Positions 20,278 through 31,488 are shown, counted from the first letter of the stretch. The stretch: 64,000 bases of DNA from Candidatus Latescibacterota bacterium (GCA_965217865.1 CBDCJO010000002.1:1344001-1408000), one strand, 5' to 3'. Made by a program: numbers and translations. Notes: a model not told the origin generated them from the sequence alone.

Positions 20278-21318
20278 CTACTCACCGGGATATGTCACGC
20301 CCAGTTTAACGGACTCCTGGGGGGATATGTCGATCCTCCGGTATGCCTCTGCGGATTCTTCGAACGGGACGACCGGAAAAATCACGCCGTCCACGGAAAC
20401 CCGGCCGAATCTGAGCAGGTCAAAGGCGGTCCATTGAATCCTCTCGTGATCCCACATCGGATGGTCTCGGTTGGGGTCGCTGGCCGATCTGGAAGATCGC
20501 ATGGAGATACGATTCATGTGCCATTCTTCCCCCAGACGTAACCCCTTGGCCTCCCCTGAGTAGAAAGCCAGGGGAACGACCAGTCCCCCGAAATGGACCG
20601 ACCGGATCGCTTGATGAAGGGCCTCATAACTGCCGCTTGCCTCGATGGCCACATCCACACCATTTTTATCCGTAAGGTGTCTGATCTCACGGGCCACATC
20701 GCAATTCGCCGGATCCATGGCGTGGTCGGATCCGAGCCGGAATGATCGTAAGCGCCGTATGTATACCGGTTCAACCGCAATAACGGTGGTTGCCCCGGAA
20801 AGACGGGCCATCTGAATCGTCAAGAGGCCGATGGCTCCCATTCCGAACACCGCAGCGCGGTCACCGAGCCGGATGCCTGCGTCTCGGACCGCCCCCAAGG
20901 CAAACCGAGCGGGATCCCAGCAGACGATCGCCTCCGGGGACATTCCATCGGGAACACGATGCAGGGACTCTTCGGAGACCGTGTGGGTCTGGCGAATCGG
21001 GAGATATCCAAAGACCCGGTCACCCACCTTAAATGAACCGACGGAGATGCCCACCTCGATCACGGTCCCGACGCTAATATTCCCTACGGACATAGGGAAC
21101 CCGCTCAGCGGGTTCTCCTCGGGAAAAAACAGGCCAAGCTCCTGGTCGTAGCGATTCAGGTTGAAAGGGGACCGGCCACGGTAGTTGGCGAGTTCGGTCC
21201 CGTGCTTCGGCGAGCTGAACTCGCTCCTCACCCGAACCTGTTTGGGCCCTAACTTCGGCTCACGATATTCTCGGAGGATCGCCTCACGCGGAGCTATGGC
21301 AATCAGTTCTCGAGGCAA
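20278..21318 (-). CDS. Zinc-binding alcohol dehydrogenase (MDR) family protein
   Basis: GroES-like N-terminus with KHGTE, GMGAIG Rossmann motif, DVAIEASG. Confidence 0.85.
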   Translation of the reverse strand: MPRELIAIAPREAILREYREPKLGPKQVRVRSEFSSPKHGTELANYRGRSPFNLNRYDQELGLFFPEENPLSGFPMSVGNISVGTVIEVGISVGSFKVGDRVFGYLPIRQTHTVSEESLHRVPDGMSPEAIVCWDPARFALGAVRDAGIRLGDRAAVFGMGAIGLLTIQMARLSGATTVIAVEPVYIRRLRSFRLGSDHAMDPANCDVAREIRHLTDKNGVDVAIEASGSYEALHQAIRSVHFGGLVVPLAFYSGEAKGLRLGEEWHMNRISMRSSRSASDPNRDHPMWDHERIQWTAFDLLRFGRVSVDGVIFPVVPFEESAEAYRRIDISPQESVKLGVTYPGE

Positions 21319-21435
21319 AACATTTCCATGCCAGCAAAGCTGGCGGTTTTATACGTAGTTAAGGACGTCAGCGGCAACTAACCTCCCCCAGATCGGATTG
21401 TCAAGGCCAATTTGGATTGTTCCCTCGAATCGTCG

Positions 21436-21464
21436 TTGACTTTTTTTCGAGAATCATTTATGTT
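21436..21464 (+). promoter_or_regulatory. Putative sigma70 promoter
   Basis: TTGACT-N17-TATGTT upstream of the CorC/HlyC gene. Confidence 0.5.
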
Positions 21465-21580
21465 ACATCCAAATCGTTATGAACGCCCTGGGGGGAGAGA
21501 TATGGGATATTTAAAGGTGTGGATCACTTTTCTCCTCCGGAAGGAAATGATCAGGCAGGGGGTTCAAAACAGAGCACTAT

Positions 21581-22885
21581 ATGAGTGATCCTGACAGACC
21601 CGATTTCCTGCTCTTTTTAATTCTGGTTGTCCTTTCCGCGATATTTTCCGGGACAGAGACAGCTCTGGCGTCTCTGAATAAGGGCGCCATCCATAAAATC
21701 TCCGAGCAAGGACGGCTCCGGTCCCGATTTATGTCCCTTTGGGCGGAACAACCGGAGCGGGTTACCACCACGTTGATCTTTTGTAACCTGGCGGCAATCG
21801 TTGTCGCTTCGATCCTCGCCTCGGAAATAGCCTTCGGTTTGACCGAGGGGGCGGGGAAAAGCAGGGGTTGGACCATAGCGATCACTGCGGGAATTGTGAC
21901 CCTGACCCTTCTGTTGATCGGTGCTGTCGCCCCGAAAATTTTTGCCAGATGGAAAGCAGAGTCTGTCGTTTCCAAGGTCGCCGTACCGGTTTTTATCCTC
22001 AGCTGGTTAATCTCTCCCATCTCCTGTGCCGCCTCCAAAATCGCCTTCGGTATCATTCGTACACTCGGGAAAACAGAACCTGTTTCCCTGCCTCCCACGG
22101 TGACTGATGAAGAAGTCCGCGCTCTGGTGGAAACAGGGGTGGAAGAAGGAGGGATCGAACAGGAAAAACAGGAGCTGATCCACGGGATCTTCGAGTTCGC
22201 CGAAGCCACGGTCCGCGAGGTCATGGTCCCACGAGTGGACATGGTGTGTGTAGAAGCCTCCACACCGATGGAGGAGATCCTTGAAGTCTTCGCGGAAAAG
22301 AAATTCTCCAGGATGCCCGTTTACGATGAGGTGGTGGACAATGTCGTCGGCATTATCCATATAAAGAATATTCTGAACTTCTGGCGCAAAAAAATCACGA
22401 AGATGACGGCCATGGAGTTCGTCGCCCATCCTTATTTTGTACCCAAGACAAAGAAGATCATCGAACTCCTGGAGGAGTTCCGACAGCAGCACCTCCACAT
22501 AGCCATTGTGGTAGACGAATACGGCGGGACGGCGGGTCTGGTGACGATGGAGGACATGATCGAGGAGATTGTCGGAGAGATCGAGGACGAACACGTTCGG
22601 GCAACCCAACCGATCAAGAAAACGCACGACGGCAGCTATCTGATCGACGCTCGGGTCGAGATCGACCACTTGAATGAAACGCTATCTCTTGACTTGCCCA
22701 AAGGGGAATTTGAGACCGTAGGCGGGCTCCTCTACCAGCAGTTCGGAAAGATTCCCGTGCGGGGAGAGGAGATGGAACTGAATGGGCTACGGATCACGGT
22801 TCTGGAAGGTGATGTCAAGCGGATCCGGCGGGTGAAGCTTGAGGTGGTCAAACAGGAGAATCTGGAGAACTTGCCGCAGAAGTAG
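21581..22885 (+). CDS. Hemolysin/CorC-HlyC family (CNNM-CBS-CorC) Mg/Co transporter-associated protein
   Basis: [10 protein letters not shown] region, [36 protein letters not shown]. Confidence 0.92.
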   Translation: MSDPDRPDFLLFLILVVLSAIFSGTETALASLNKGAIHKISEQGRLRSRFMSLWAEQPERVTTTLIFCNLAAIVVASILASEIAFGLTEGAGKSRGWTIAITAGIVTLTLLLIGAVAPKIFARWKAESVVSKVAVPVFILSWLISPISCAASKIAFGIIRTLGKTEPVSLPPTVTDEEVRALVETGVEEGGIEQEKQELIHGIFEFAEATVREVMVPRVDMVCVEASTPMEEILEVFAEKKFSRMPVYDEVVDNVVGIIHIKNILNFWRKKITKMTAMEFVAHPYFVPKTKKIIELLEEFRQQHLHIAIVVDEYGGTAGLVTMEDMIEEIVGEIEDEHVRATQPIKKTHDGSYLIDARVEIDHLNETLSLDLPKGEFETVGGLLYQQFGKIPVRGEEMELNGLRITVLEGDVKRIRRVKLEVVKQENLENLPQK

Positions 22886-23388
22886 GCCCCTCTGTTGAAC
22901 CTGACGGGTTTGAAGCGGGTTGGGACGGTTCCAGTTGGACGGGGGTCTCCCCCTCCTCCTTTGGAGTGTCCCCCGGAGCTTCGCCCTTGCTTTCCGGCTC
23001 ACGGGCATGTTCCTCCTGTGATTCCGTCCCCCCCACTTTCTCTAAGGCCTCCCCCTCTGGCGGTTCCGAAATTCCCTCCTCATCCGGGACCTCTCCTTCC
23101 ACCTCCATTTCGCCCTTTTCTTTCAATTCCTGTAATTTGTCCCTGATTTCGGCGATCAACTCGTCGCCACTTCCCTGCTTCTCCAGATCGATGAGGCTGC
23201 TGATTGCGCCCATCACCTTCAATACCTGGGTCTCGTCTTTAAAGCCAGCCTCGAGAAGGGCCGTCCGAACGACCTTCTCCAGCACCACCGCGATCTGTCT
23301 TTGCCGCCCCAGGTCTTCTTCAATCTCCTGAACCTCCACATCCGTGATCTGTTTCTCCAGATTCAAAAGTCGATATTTCAGCGTGGCA
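22848..23388 (-). pseudogene. 5'-truncated hypothetical protein (helical domain plus acidic tail)
   Basis: The frame stays open upstream of TTG 23366 (..ATLKYRLLNLE) and runs into the + strand gene; no RBS or promoter space. Confidence 0.55.
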
Positions 23389-23389
23389 T

Positions 23390-26300
23390 TACTCGACGCC
23401 GAACATCGAGACGGACCTGTTCAGGCTGGGCCGTACTGTTAGAGTGGACGCGGGGACAGGAACCTTGTTGCCGGACGGCCCAGCACTTCCGAGCAATCGG
23501 GCCGAGATCCAGGTGGTCTACACGAACACGTTCCAGCTGCAGCTCGCGACGGTTGATCAGGATGAGGTTGATTTAGGCGTTTTCGGAGGAGGGATTTCAT
23601 CGCAGGGGTTGAACGGAGTGCCTTCACCCTCCAGCTTCTTCGTCTACACGATCGGCGAGGCCCGGTTTGCACTGGGGGCCTTCAACGCGGTCTCTTATAA
23701 TATCCCCAACATCGACACCCTCTACGTCGGTGGTGTTCCCTCCGGACCATATGTTCGGGACGGCCAGACCACGAAGGTGGATGTGAACACGGGGGCCACG
23801 ACATTCAACTCGGATCTGTCGCTAGGTTTTGCCCGGGTTCACTTTGTTTATACGCGTGCCGAGACGCTGACGGTGAAGACACTGGATCAGAACGGAAACA
23901 TTGTGGCCGGCACGATCAGCATGCCCGGGCTCGGTGTCGGCTCCCCGGGTGTGGTGACCGTTCCTCACTACGTATTGGGCCAGGCGTTTTTCCTTACGAC
24001 GACTTTCAGTTCAATCACCTACTCGACACCGAATATCGAAACGGACTTGTTCAGGCTGGGTCGGACGATTCGGGTGGATGCAGCTTCGGGTATTCTATTG
24101 CCGGACGGCCCTGCGCTTGCGAGCAATCGGGCCGAGATCCAGGTGGTCTACTCGAACGTCTTCCAGCTGCAGTTGGCCACGGTGGATCAGGACGATGTTG
24201 ACTTAGGCTCTTTAGGGGGGGCGATTTCATCGCAGGGTTTGAATGGCGTTCCCTCGCCCTCCAGTTTCTTCCTCTACACGCTGGGAGAGGGTCGGTTCGC
24301 AGCAGGGGATTTCAACGGTGTTACCTACAACATCCCCGACATTGACACGCTTCCCCACGTCGTGAACGGTCAGACGGCCAAGGTGAATGTGAATACGGGC
24401 TCGACCACGTTTGTTCCGGATCAGGCCACGGGGTTCACCCGAATCCACTTTGTTTTATACGCGTGCGGAGACGCTGAGGGTGAAGACGGTGGATCAGGAC
24501 AACAACATCCTTCTGGGCCAGATCAGTATGCCAGGGCTTGGCGTTGGTTCCCCAGGTGTGGTGACCGTTCCTAACTACGTTTTGGGACAGGGATTTTTCC
24601 TGAACGCGACTTTCTTCGGGATCACCTACTCGGCGCCGGACATCGACGTCTCCTTGTTCAATCTGGGCCGGACGGTTCGTGTCGATGCCTTGACCGGCGC
24701 CCTGCTTCCGGATGGGCCCACGCTTCCTTCGAATGAAGCGGAGATCTTGGTGGTCTATCAGGTTATCCCGATTACCATTCGGACAGTCGATCAGAACGGT
24801 TCGGACATCGACGGGCTTGTGGCGCTGGGCGGGATCCCGGAGGAACCCCTTCCGTGGAGCATCAACGCGGTCGCAGGGGGGATTTTAGGGGTCCAGGGGG
24901 CGTACCTGGGTGGGAGCTCGGGGGACTTTATCGATGTCACGATCGCGAACGGCGTCACGACGCTGGACGTGATCACCCCCGAAACGGATATCACGACCGC
25001 TGTCGTGAATGTCACGACTGCTCCGGGTCCCGATGAAATCTTGATCAAGTTCCAAACAACGGATGTGACCCTCGGGTTGTTCAACAAGGCGGCGAACCCG
25101 GTAATCCCGTTGTCGGGTGATGTCGAGATGAAGCATATCGACCCCGGTTTCTATCCCCTCACCGCCCCGGCAGGAGCTGTGAACTCCCCACAGGTCTACA
25201 ACGTCCTGGACGGGGGGCGGGTCAAGGTGAAAGGCCAGTCACCACTGGCCGTAGGCACCCAAATTGGGAGCGGTCCCGAGACCTTCGTCGATGTTACAGT
25301 AGCGGCGGGCCAGGTGACCACGGTGGATGGCACGGTGGACCCCCCGACCGTGACGGGTCCGAACCCGGGGGCCGGCACACGGATCGATGTCCTGCTTCAG
25401 ACGAACCAGGCGCTGGTTTTGACGGTTCCCGGTCCTCAAGCGGTGGATGAGGGTGTTCAGTTGAGCTTTACGGTTTCTGCGACGGATCCGGACGACGACG
25501 GGATTGTTTTCTCGATCGACGGGTCGGTTTTGCCCGCGGGCAACAATGCATTGATTGACCCGCAAACCGGCGACTTTACGTGGACGCCCACACTGGACGA
25601 TGCCGGCATATATGATTTGCCGATTATCGCAACAGATGACGGGTCTCCCGCCATCAGTGTGGCAGATACGGTTCAAATTACGGTGAACAACGTCAATCAA
25701 CCCCCTTCCATCTCGGGTCCCGCAGGCAAGCCGGTTGGCGATCCTTCGATGAACGAAGGGGAAGTTCTGGAAGTGATCGTTCTGGGAAGCGATCCGGACG
25801 GTTCGATTCCGATTTTGAGCGTGGCGAATGAGCCCGTATTTGCGACTTTCGTGGATGACGGGAACGGCACCGGAACCCTGACGCTTTCGCCTGACTTCAC
25901 GCAGGCGGGTGTCTATCCCGGCGTTGAAATTATCGCTACGGATTCGGAAGATACGACCGTAACGGTCACCGAGACGATCACGATTACGGTGAACGACGTA
26001 AACCGGCCTCCGGTTTTGACGGTTCCGGGGCCTCAGGAAGTGGACGAGGGTGCGCTCCTGGAATTCACGGTTTCCGCGACGGACCCGGACAGCAACGGGG
26101 TGACCTTCTCGATGGATGATTCAGGGCTGCCGGCTGGTCATAACGCGGTTCTGGACTCCCTGACGGGCGAGTTTTCCTGGACGCCGAATGCCGGGGATGC
26201 GGGCATCTACGAGGTGAAGTTCACGGCCACGGACGACGGAACGCCCCCTGAGAGCAGCCCCGAGGAGTCGGTTTCGATCACTGTGAACGAAGTGAGTGAT

Positions 26301-27626
26301 GGGGAAAACTTTATGTTCCTTGGCGGCCACAGGGCAACCCATAAGATTCAGCTGGCCAGCCACCCGGATCGGCAGAAGGTCCGGAAGGGAGATATCATCA
26401 AGTTCAGCCGGGACGAGTTGGGCAATGCGATTCCTTCCACAGTCGAGCTATTTTTCAAAGGCAGCGAACACTTCAAGAAGAAGAGCCGGGTGAATGCCGC
26501 GTCGGTCCGGGACTTCGACGGAGACGACGAGTTGGAGATGGTCTTCTCGGTGAACCACAAGACGAAGTTGGAGTCGGACGGAACGATAATCGAACGGGAC
26601 GACCTGTTCCTTTACGACCCCAATGGCGTGCCGATGTTTTCGAAATTCCTCGACGGGTCCCAAGTCTTCAAGTTCAAGAAGTCCGGGAAGCATCTGGCCA
26701 AGAGTTCAAAGGATGATGACGACGATGATGGGCATGAAGAAAAGGACGACAATGATGATGATGAGGAAAAGCCCAAACGATCTAAGCGGCACGAGAACAT
26801 CGACGGTGTTTCTGTATACAAGGTGAGCGAAAACCTGTGGCGGGTCAACCTTACGACGAAGAACGAGGCCTGCATCGGGGACCTCGAATTCGACAGGAAC
26901 GACGTTGTGGCATTCGACTTCGATCCGGCAACCCAGACCGCAACGAATCCGAGTATACTGGCGGACCTGGGGTCCCTGTTCAAGGGGAACTCCAACATCG
27001 ACGCCCTGGACGTGGTGGACGACGATCGCAACGGGACATTCGAGAGCATCGTGTTCTCCACGCAGAGTAAGGAGCGGCTGAGGGCGGATAAAAGGACAAA
27101 ACTCCTGTCGACGATCGTATACCTCCGCAACCTGGAAACCGAGACGATCGAGGAGCTTTTCGACCCCAAGGAAGATGGGTTGACGAGGAAGAAGATCAAC
27201 ATCGGGGCGGTGTCCACGCTGGGCGCGCTGAAGCCGTGGGGCGAAGGACCAAAGCCTGAGGAGCAGAAGCCCGCGAAGGGTGCGGCGAAACTGGCTAAGG
27301 TTGGCGATGAGGACGCTGTCGAGGAGGTCGCAGATGTAACCGGGCCCACGACATTCGGTATGGATCAGAACTATCCGAACCCGTTCAACCCGGTCACGAC
27401 GATTCGATATGCCCTTCCAGAGGCCGCGGACGTCAACCTGGTCGTCTACAACATCCTGGGGCAGGCCGTCAAGGTCCTGGTGAATGGGTCTCAGGGGGCC
27501 GGGTATCATACGGCCAGGTGGGACAGCACGGATGAGATCGGCCGCCCTGTCGCAACAGGGGTCTACTTCTACCGCCTGCAGGCCGGATCGTTTGTCCAGG
27601 TCAAGAAGATGCTCCTGACCAAATAA
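23390..27626 (+). pseudogene. Large T9SS cargo protein (tandem ~205-aa repeats, three putative Ig/cadherin-like domains, C-terminal sorting domain); 5'-truncated, +1 frameshift at 24453-24456
   Basis: Repeat units start at about 23390, 24020 and 24627; Ig-like DEG..L.FTVSATDPD..F.WTP..DAG.Y; C-terminus QNYPNPFNPVTTIRYALP..VYNILGQ..GVYFYRL..KKMLLTK. Confidence 0.82.
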
Positions 27627-27653
27627 GATTTTATGAGGGTTGTTCAAACAATG

Positions 27654-27685
27654 AAGCCCGGCGGGGTGCCGCCGGGCTTTTTTTT
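27654..27685 (+). terminator. Rho-independent terminator
   Basis: AAGCCCGGCGG-GGTG-CCGCCGGGCTT followed by a T run. Confidence 0.85.
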
Positions 27686-27819
27686 GCTAAAACCGGATTT
27701 GTTGGGAAGGGAGAAATTTCTTGACAGCCGGAAATCGGATATGTAGATAGGGTGAAATTTGATAGCATGGGAGATGGGACCGACTCATCAACAACTGATC
27801 GTAATAGAGGGGAAGATCC

Positions 27820-29265
27820 TTGGCACAAGGTATGATTTCAGAAACCGCCCTTCATCGGCTCAGCATTCTGATGCCGGTCTATAACGAGCAATACTTTGTG
27901 GAGCAGATCGTAGAAAGAGTCTTATCCGTTCCGCTTCCTCAGGGTATCGAGCGAGAACTTGTGATTGTGGACGACTGCTCCACAGATGGTACGCGGACTA
28001 TACTCGAACGGATTTCGAAAGAACATCCCGATGTTGTCCGGCTTCTCCTCCACGAAACGAACCAGGGAAAGGGTGCTGCCATTCGCACTGCGGTGAAAGA
28101 GGCCACGGGTGATCTCACGATCATCCAGGACGCCGATTTAGAATATGATCCGAAGGACTATGAAAAACTCCTCCAACCCATTTTGATGGGGGATGCAGAC
28201 GTTGTCTATGGATCACGTTTCGCCCCCAGTGAATATCGCCGTGTGATGTTCTTCTGGCATTCACTTGGCAACAGTTTTCTAACGACGCTATCGAATATAT
28301 TCACGGATCTGAATCTGACCGATATGGAGACGTGCTACAAGGCGACCAAAGCCAGCATCCTGAAATCGATTCCGATTCGAAGTGATCGATTCGGGATAGA
28401 ACCTGAGCTCACCGCCAAATTCGCCAAACGCGGTTGTCGTATCTATGAGGTTCCGATCACGTATCGGGGACGAACCTACGAGGAAGGCAAAAAAATCACG
28501 TGGCGGGATGGCTTGAAGGCGCTCTTTACGATCGTGTACTTCTGGGTCAAGGACGATATTTATGAGGAGCTGTACGGACACGCGATTTTATACCAGCTTT
28601 CGCAGACACATCGATTCAACACGTGGATGGCTGAGACGGTTAAACCCTGGATGGGGGATTCCGTTCTGGAGATCGGTGCGGGTCTTGGGAACCTCACCCA
28701 GAAATTAACGCCTCGCAAGTCCTACACCATCAGCGACATGGATCCTCTCCACCTGGAGTATCTGAGAAACCGGTTCAGGTTTTTTCCTTCGATGGAAGTC
28801 AGAAAAGTGGATCTCGAAAATCCGGCCGATTTTGACCCCCTGGAAGGGCGATTCGATTCCATTGTCTGCCTGAACGTTTTGGAACACGTTGAAAAGGAAG
28901 GGCAGGCGCTGGAGAATATGTACCGTTCTTTACGTCCGGGGGGCAGCCCGATCATCCTGGTTCCGCAGGGGCGGTGGCTCTACGGTTCCCTTGATACCGT
29001 TCTGGGACACTATCGGCGATACTCCCGGAAGGCGTTGATCGATCGCTGTGAACGGGCCGGGTTTACCGTTACAAGGGCCTTCTCTTTCAACCGTGTGGGG
29101 CTCTTTCCCTGGTTTTTTAATGGCAGAATCCTTCATCGAAAGAATTTCGGAAAACTCCAGTTGAAAATATACGACAGTTTTATTTGGTTGTGGCGTCTGG
29201 TCGATCGATTTTTGCCGTGGCCGGGGCTTTCAGTCATCGGGATTGCGGAAAAACCTGAGTCTTGA
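27820..29265 (+). CDS. GT2 (DPM1-like) glycosyltransferase fused to a class I SAM methyltransferase
   Basis: SILMPVYNE, VDDCSTDGT, NQGKG, QDADLEYDP, then LEIGAGLG, NVLEHV and GHYRRY; TTGACA-N17-TAGATA at 27721. Confidence 0.88.
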   Translation: MAQGMISETALHRLSILMPVYNEQYFVEQIVERVLSVPLPQGIERELVIVDDCSTDGTRTILERISKEHPDVVRLLLHETNQGKGAAIRTAVKEATGDLTIIQDADLEYDPKDYEKLLQPILMGDADVVYGSRFAPSEYRRVMFFWHSLGNSFLTTLSNIFTDLNLTDMETCYKATKASILKSIPIRSDRFGIEPELTAKFAKRGCRIYEVPITYRGRTYEEGKKITWRDGLKALFTIVYFWVKDDIYEELYGHAILYQLSQTHRFNTWMAETVKPWMGDSVLEIGAGLGNLTQKLTPRKSYTISDMDPLHLEYLRNRFRFFPSMEVRKVDLENPADFDPLEGRFDSIVCLNVLEHVEKEGQALENMYRSLRPGGSPIILVPQGRWLYGSLDTVLGHYRRYSRKALIDRCERAGFTVTRAFSFNRVGLFPWFFNGRILHRKNFGKLQLKIYDSFIWLWRLVDRFLPWPGLSVIGIAEKPES

Positions 29266-29375
29266 TTAAGTGGGGTTCACTATGGTGGTTAAAAGTGGAA
29301 TCCGGCTTTTTGGATTTTCATCATTCTTATTGCTACTGTAGGACAGTTCCTAATCCAATAGATAATGGAGAGTAT

Positions 29376-30477
29376 GTGAAGAATATTTCGACAACAAAAT
29401 ACGAATATATTAATGCCATAAGAGGTTTCGCAATCTTGGGAGTTGTCCTTGTCCATTCCTCACAATGGGTACGACCTGCATCAGATATTCTTTCCAAAAT
29501 AGCATCCGAAGGAGCACGAGGAGTACAACTGTTTTACGTAGCAAGTGCGTTAACATTATTTTTGTCAATGGCTTCACGAAAACAACAAGAAGAAAGACGT
29601 GGCCTCCTTAGTTATTTTATCAGACGTTTCTTTAGGATTGCACCCGCGTTCTACTGTGCAATAATCATTTATACTGCCTATAACGCAATGTCTGCCCATT
29701 ATTGGGCTCCAAATGGCCTTGAATGGTGGTCTATTCTTTTAACAGCATTTTTTATGCACGGGTGGCACCCGGAAACAATTACTTCAGTTGTTCCAGGTGG
29801 CTGGTCAATAGCTGTTGAAATGACTTTCTATTTGTTTACACCGTATCTTTTTTTGAAATTGAATGACATTAAGTCAACATTGATCGCGCTATTTCTATCC
29901 ATAGTTTTAACAACGAATTTTATCAATCGCTGTAATTTACTTGGTATCACCATACTATATAGATGCTCAACAATATTTAGTCAGTTCATTCTCTTATTTT
30001 TGGTTCTTCTCTCAATTGCCTGTCTTTATTTTAGGTATATTGCTCTATCATATAACTATAAAATATCCACATAGTGATAAGCATACGGCTTTCTTTCTGC
30101 TATTTGTATCAGTATTCCTTTTTGCTGCTTTCATGACTGTTGAGACGTACTCCAATTTGTTGCCAAAGCACATTCTGTATGGAGTGGCATTCCTACCCTT
30201 TTCTCTGGCCCTTCGTTACTCACCACATAGATTTCTGGTTAATAAGATCACAGTATTCATCGGCAAACTTAGTTTTAGTATTTATTTGGTTCATTTTATG
30301 GTTTTGAAAATAATGAAAAATGTGTTTTCCAGTGGTTTTGCGTTTGATGGAAACAGCGGATTTATATTGGCATTTCTCCTTGTTCTGTTATCGTCAATTT
30401 GTATTTCCTTTGTAACGCATAGGGCTGTTGAGATTCCTGGTACTAACCTTGGAAAGCATTTCGTGAAAAAGCTCTAA
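29376..30477 (+). pseudogene. Acyltransferase family 3 (OafA-like), frameshifted near 29910, AT-rich
   Basis: AIRGFAILGVVLVH, GVQLFYVAS, RRFFRIAP and WSIAVEMTFY in one frame; GKLSFSIYLVH and VEIP in the next. Confidence 0.82.
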
Positions 30478-30513
30478 CAAGGCAACTGCACTCGGACGGC
30501 AAAAACGTCGCTC
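30472..30513 (+). other. Truncated attC-like half site
   Basis: CTCTAAC overlapping the stop codon, then AAGGCAACTGCACTCGGACGGCAAAAACG; no right arm. Confidence 0.4.
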
Positions 30514-30632
30514 AAAGGATCATATCGATATCTGAAGTCCTTTCAAAAACATCATCTGTTTCTCAGAAACTCATAAATAATAGATGTTATCAGTTCAGAT
30601 TTGGGAATCGGTAAGCTCCAAAGGAAACTCCC

Positions 30633-30661
30633 TTGACAACCCAATCCAGTTGCTATAGATT
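30633..30661 (+). promoter_or_regulatory. Sigma70 promoter upstream of the tRNA fragment/HD gene/tRNA-Val
   Basis: TTGACA-N17-TAGATT. Confidence 0.65.
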
Positions 30662-30700
30662 TTATTCCCCCAATGGGGATTCGAAGTGATTATCTGTATT

Positions 30701-30721
30701 GGCGATTAGCTCAGGTGGTTA
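30701..30721 (+). repeat. 21-bp exact copy of the tRNA-Val 5' end
   Basis: GGCGATTAGCTCAGGTGGTTA is identical to 31382-31402. Confidence 0.9.
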
Positions 30722-30723
30722 TA

Positions 30724-31323
30724 TTGGAGCAACCAGTTAAGTCGATTTCGGAAACATTGCGACAAAAGGTACGGGATGAGCTGCCGGAGGTGAAGGAGAT
30801 TTCGGATTCCATGCTCCGTGAGAAGGTGGTCGAGGCCTGGGCTATGGCTCTGGATGGCAGCAGTTTTGGTGCGATTTCTGAAATTAGGCCTTCGGGAAAT
30901 CCAGATACACCGCCGTTAAAAGAGGGGACACAGACCGACCATATCCGGGGAGTGACACTGATGGCGGTGAGGATGGCAGAAGAACTGGCGGGGTTGATTC
31001 CCAGCCTGAAGGTAAACCGGGACATTCTGATCGCTGGCGCACTGTGTCATGATGTGGGTAAACCCTGGGAGTTCGACCCGAGGAACCAGGCCCGTTGGAA
31101 GGGTTCTCCTCGGGCGGCTGGATGGCCGTCGATTCGGCATCCCGGCTATGGCGTACACATCTGCCTGAGCGTGGGACTGCCCGAGGAGGTGGCACATATT
31201 GCGGGTGGTCACTCAAGAGAGGGGGAGTTGGTGGTTCGGAGCCTGGAAAATACGATTGTGCACTACGCCGATCACGGCTTCTGGCGCATCCTGGACGCTG
31301 GAGGACTTCTGGAGAAGGCATGA
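30724..31323 (+). CDS. HD-domain (HDIG-like) metal-dependent phosphohydrolase
   Basis: DHIRGV, GALCHDVGK, RHPGYG, GHS, HYADH; start uncertain (TTG 30724 or ATG 30673). Confidence 0.82.
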   Translation: MEQPVKSISETLRQKVRDELPEVKEISDSMLREKVVEAWAMALDGSSFGAISEIRPSGNPDTPPLKEGTQTDHIRGVTLMAVRMAEELAGLIPSLKVNRDILIAGALCHDVGKPWEFDPRNQARWKGSPRAAGWPSIRHPGYGVHICLSVGLPEEVAHIAGGHSREGELVVRSLENTIVHYADHGFWRILDAGGLLEKA

Positions 31324-31380
31324 AGAGAATTTGGTGTATTTGGGGTCTTAACTGATTTCTAAACAATAAGAAATAAAGGT

Positions 31381-31457
31381 GGGCGATTAGCTCAGGTGGT
31401 TAGAGTGCTTGCTTGACATGCAAGAGGTCACTGGTTCAAGTCCAGTATCGCCCACCA
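31381..31457 (+). tRNA. tRNA-Val (GAC)
   Basis: 77-nt cloverleaf; anticodon arm CTTGC-TTGACAT-GCAAG; T-loop GGTTCAAGTCC; encoded CCA. Confidence 0.97.
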
Positions 31458-31488
31458 ATTAATGTTCTGACAAAATTATTCATGAAAG

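Noticed and set aside
24453-24456. Phase-variable homopolymer switch
   Set aside because: A T4 tract is too short for slipped-strand phase variation
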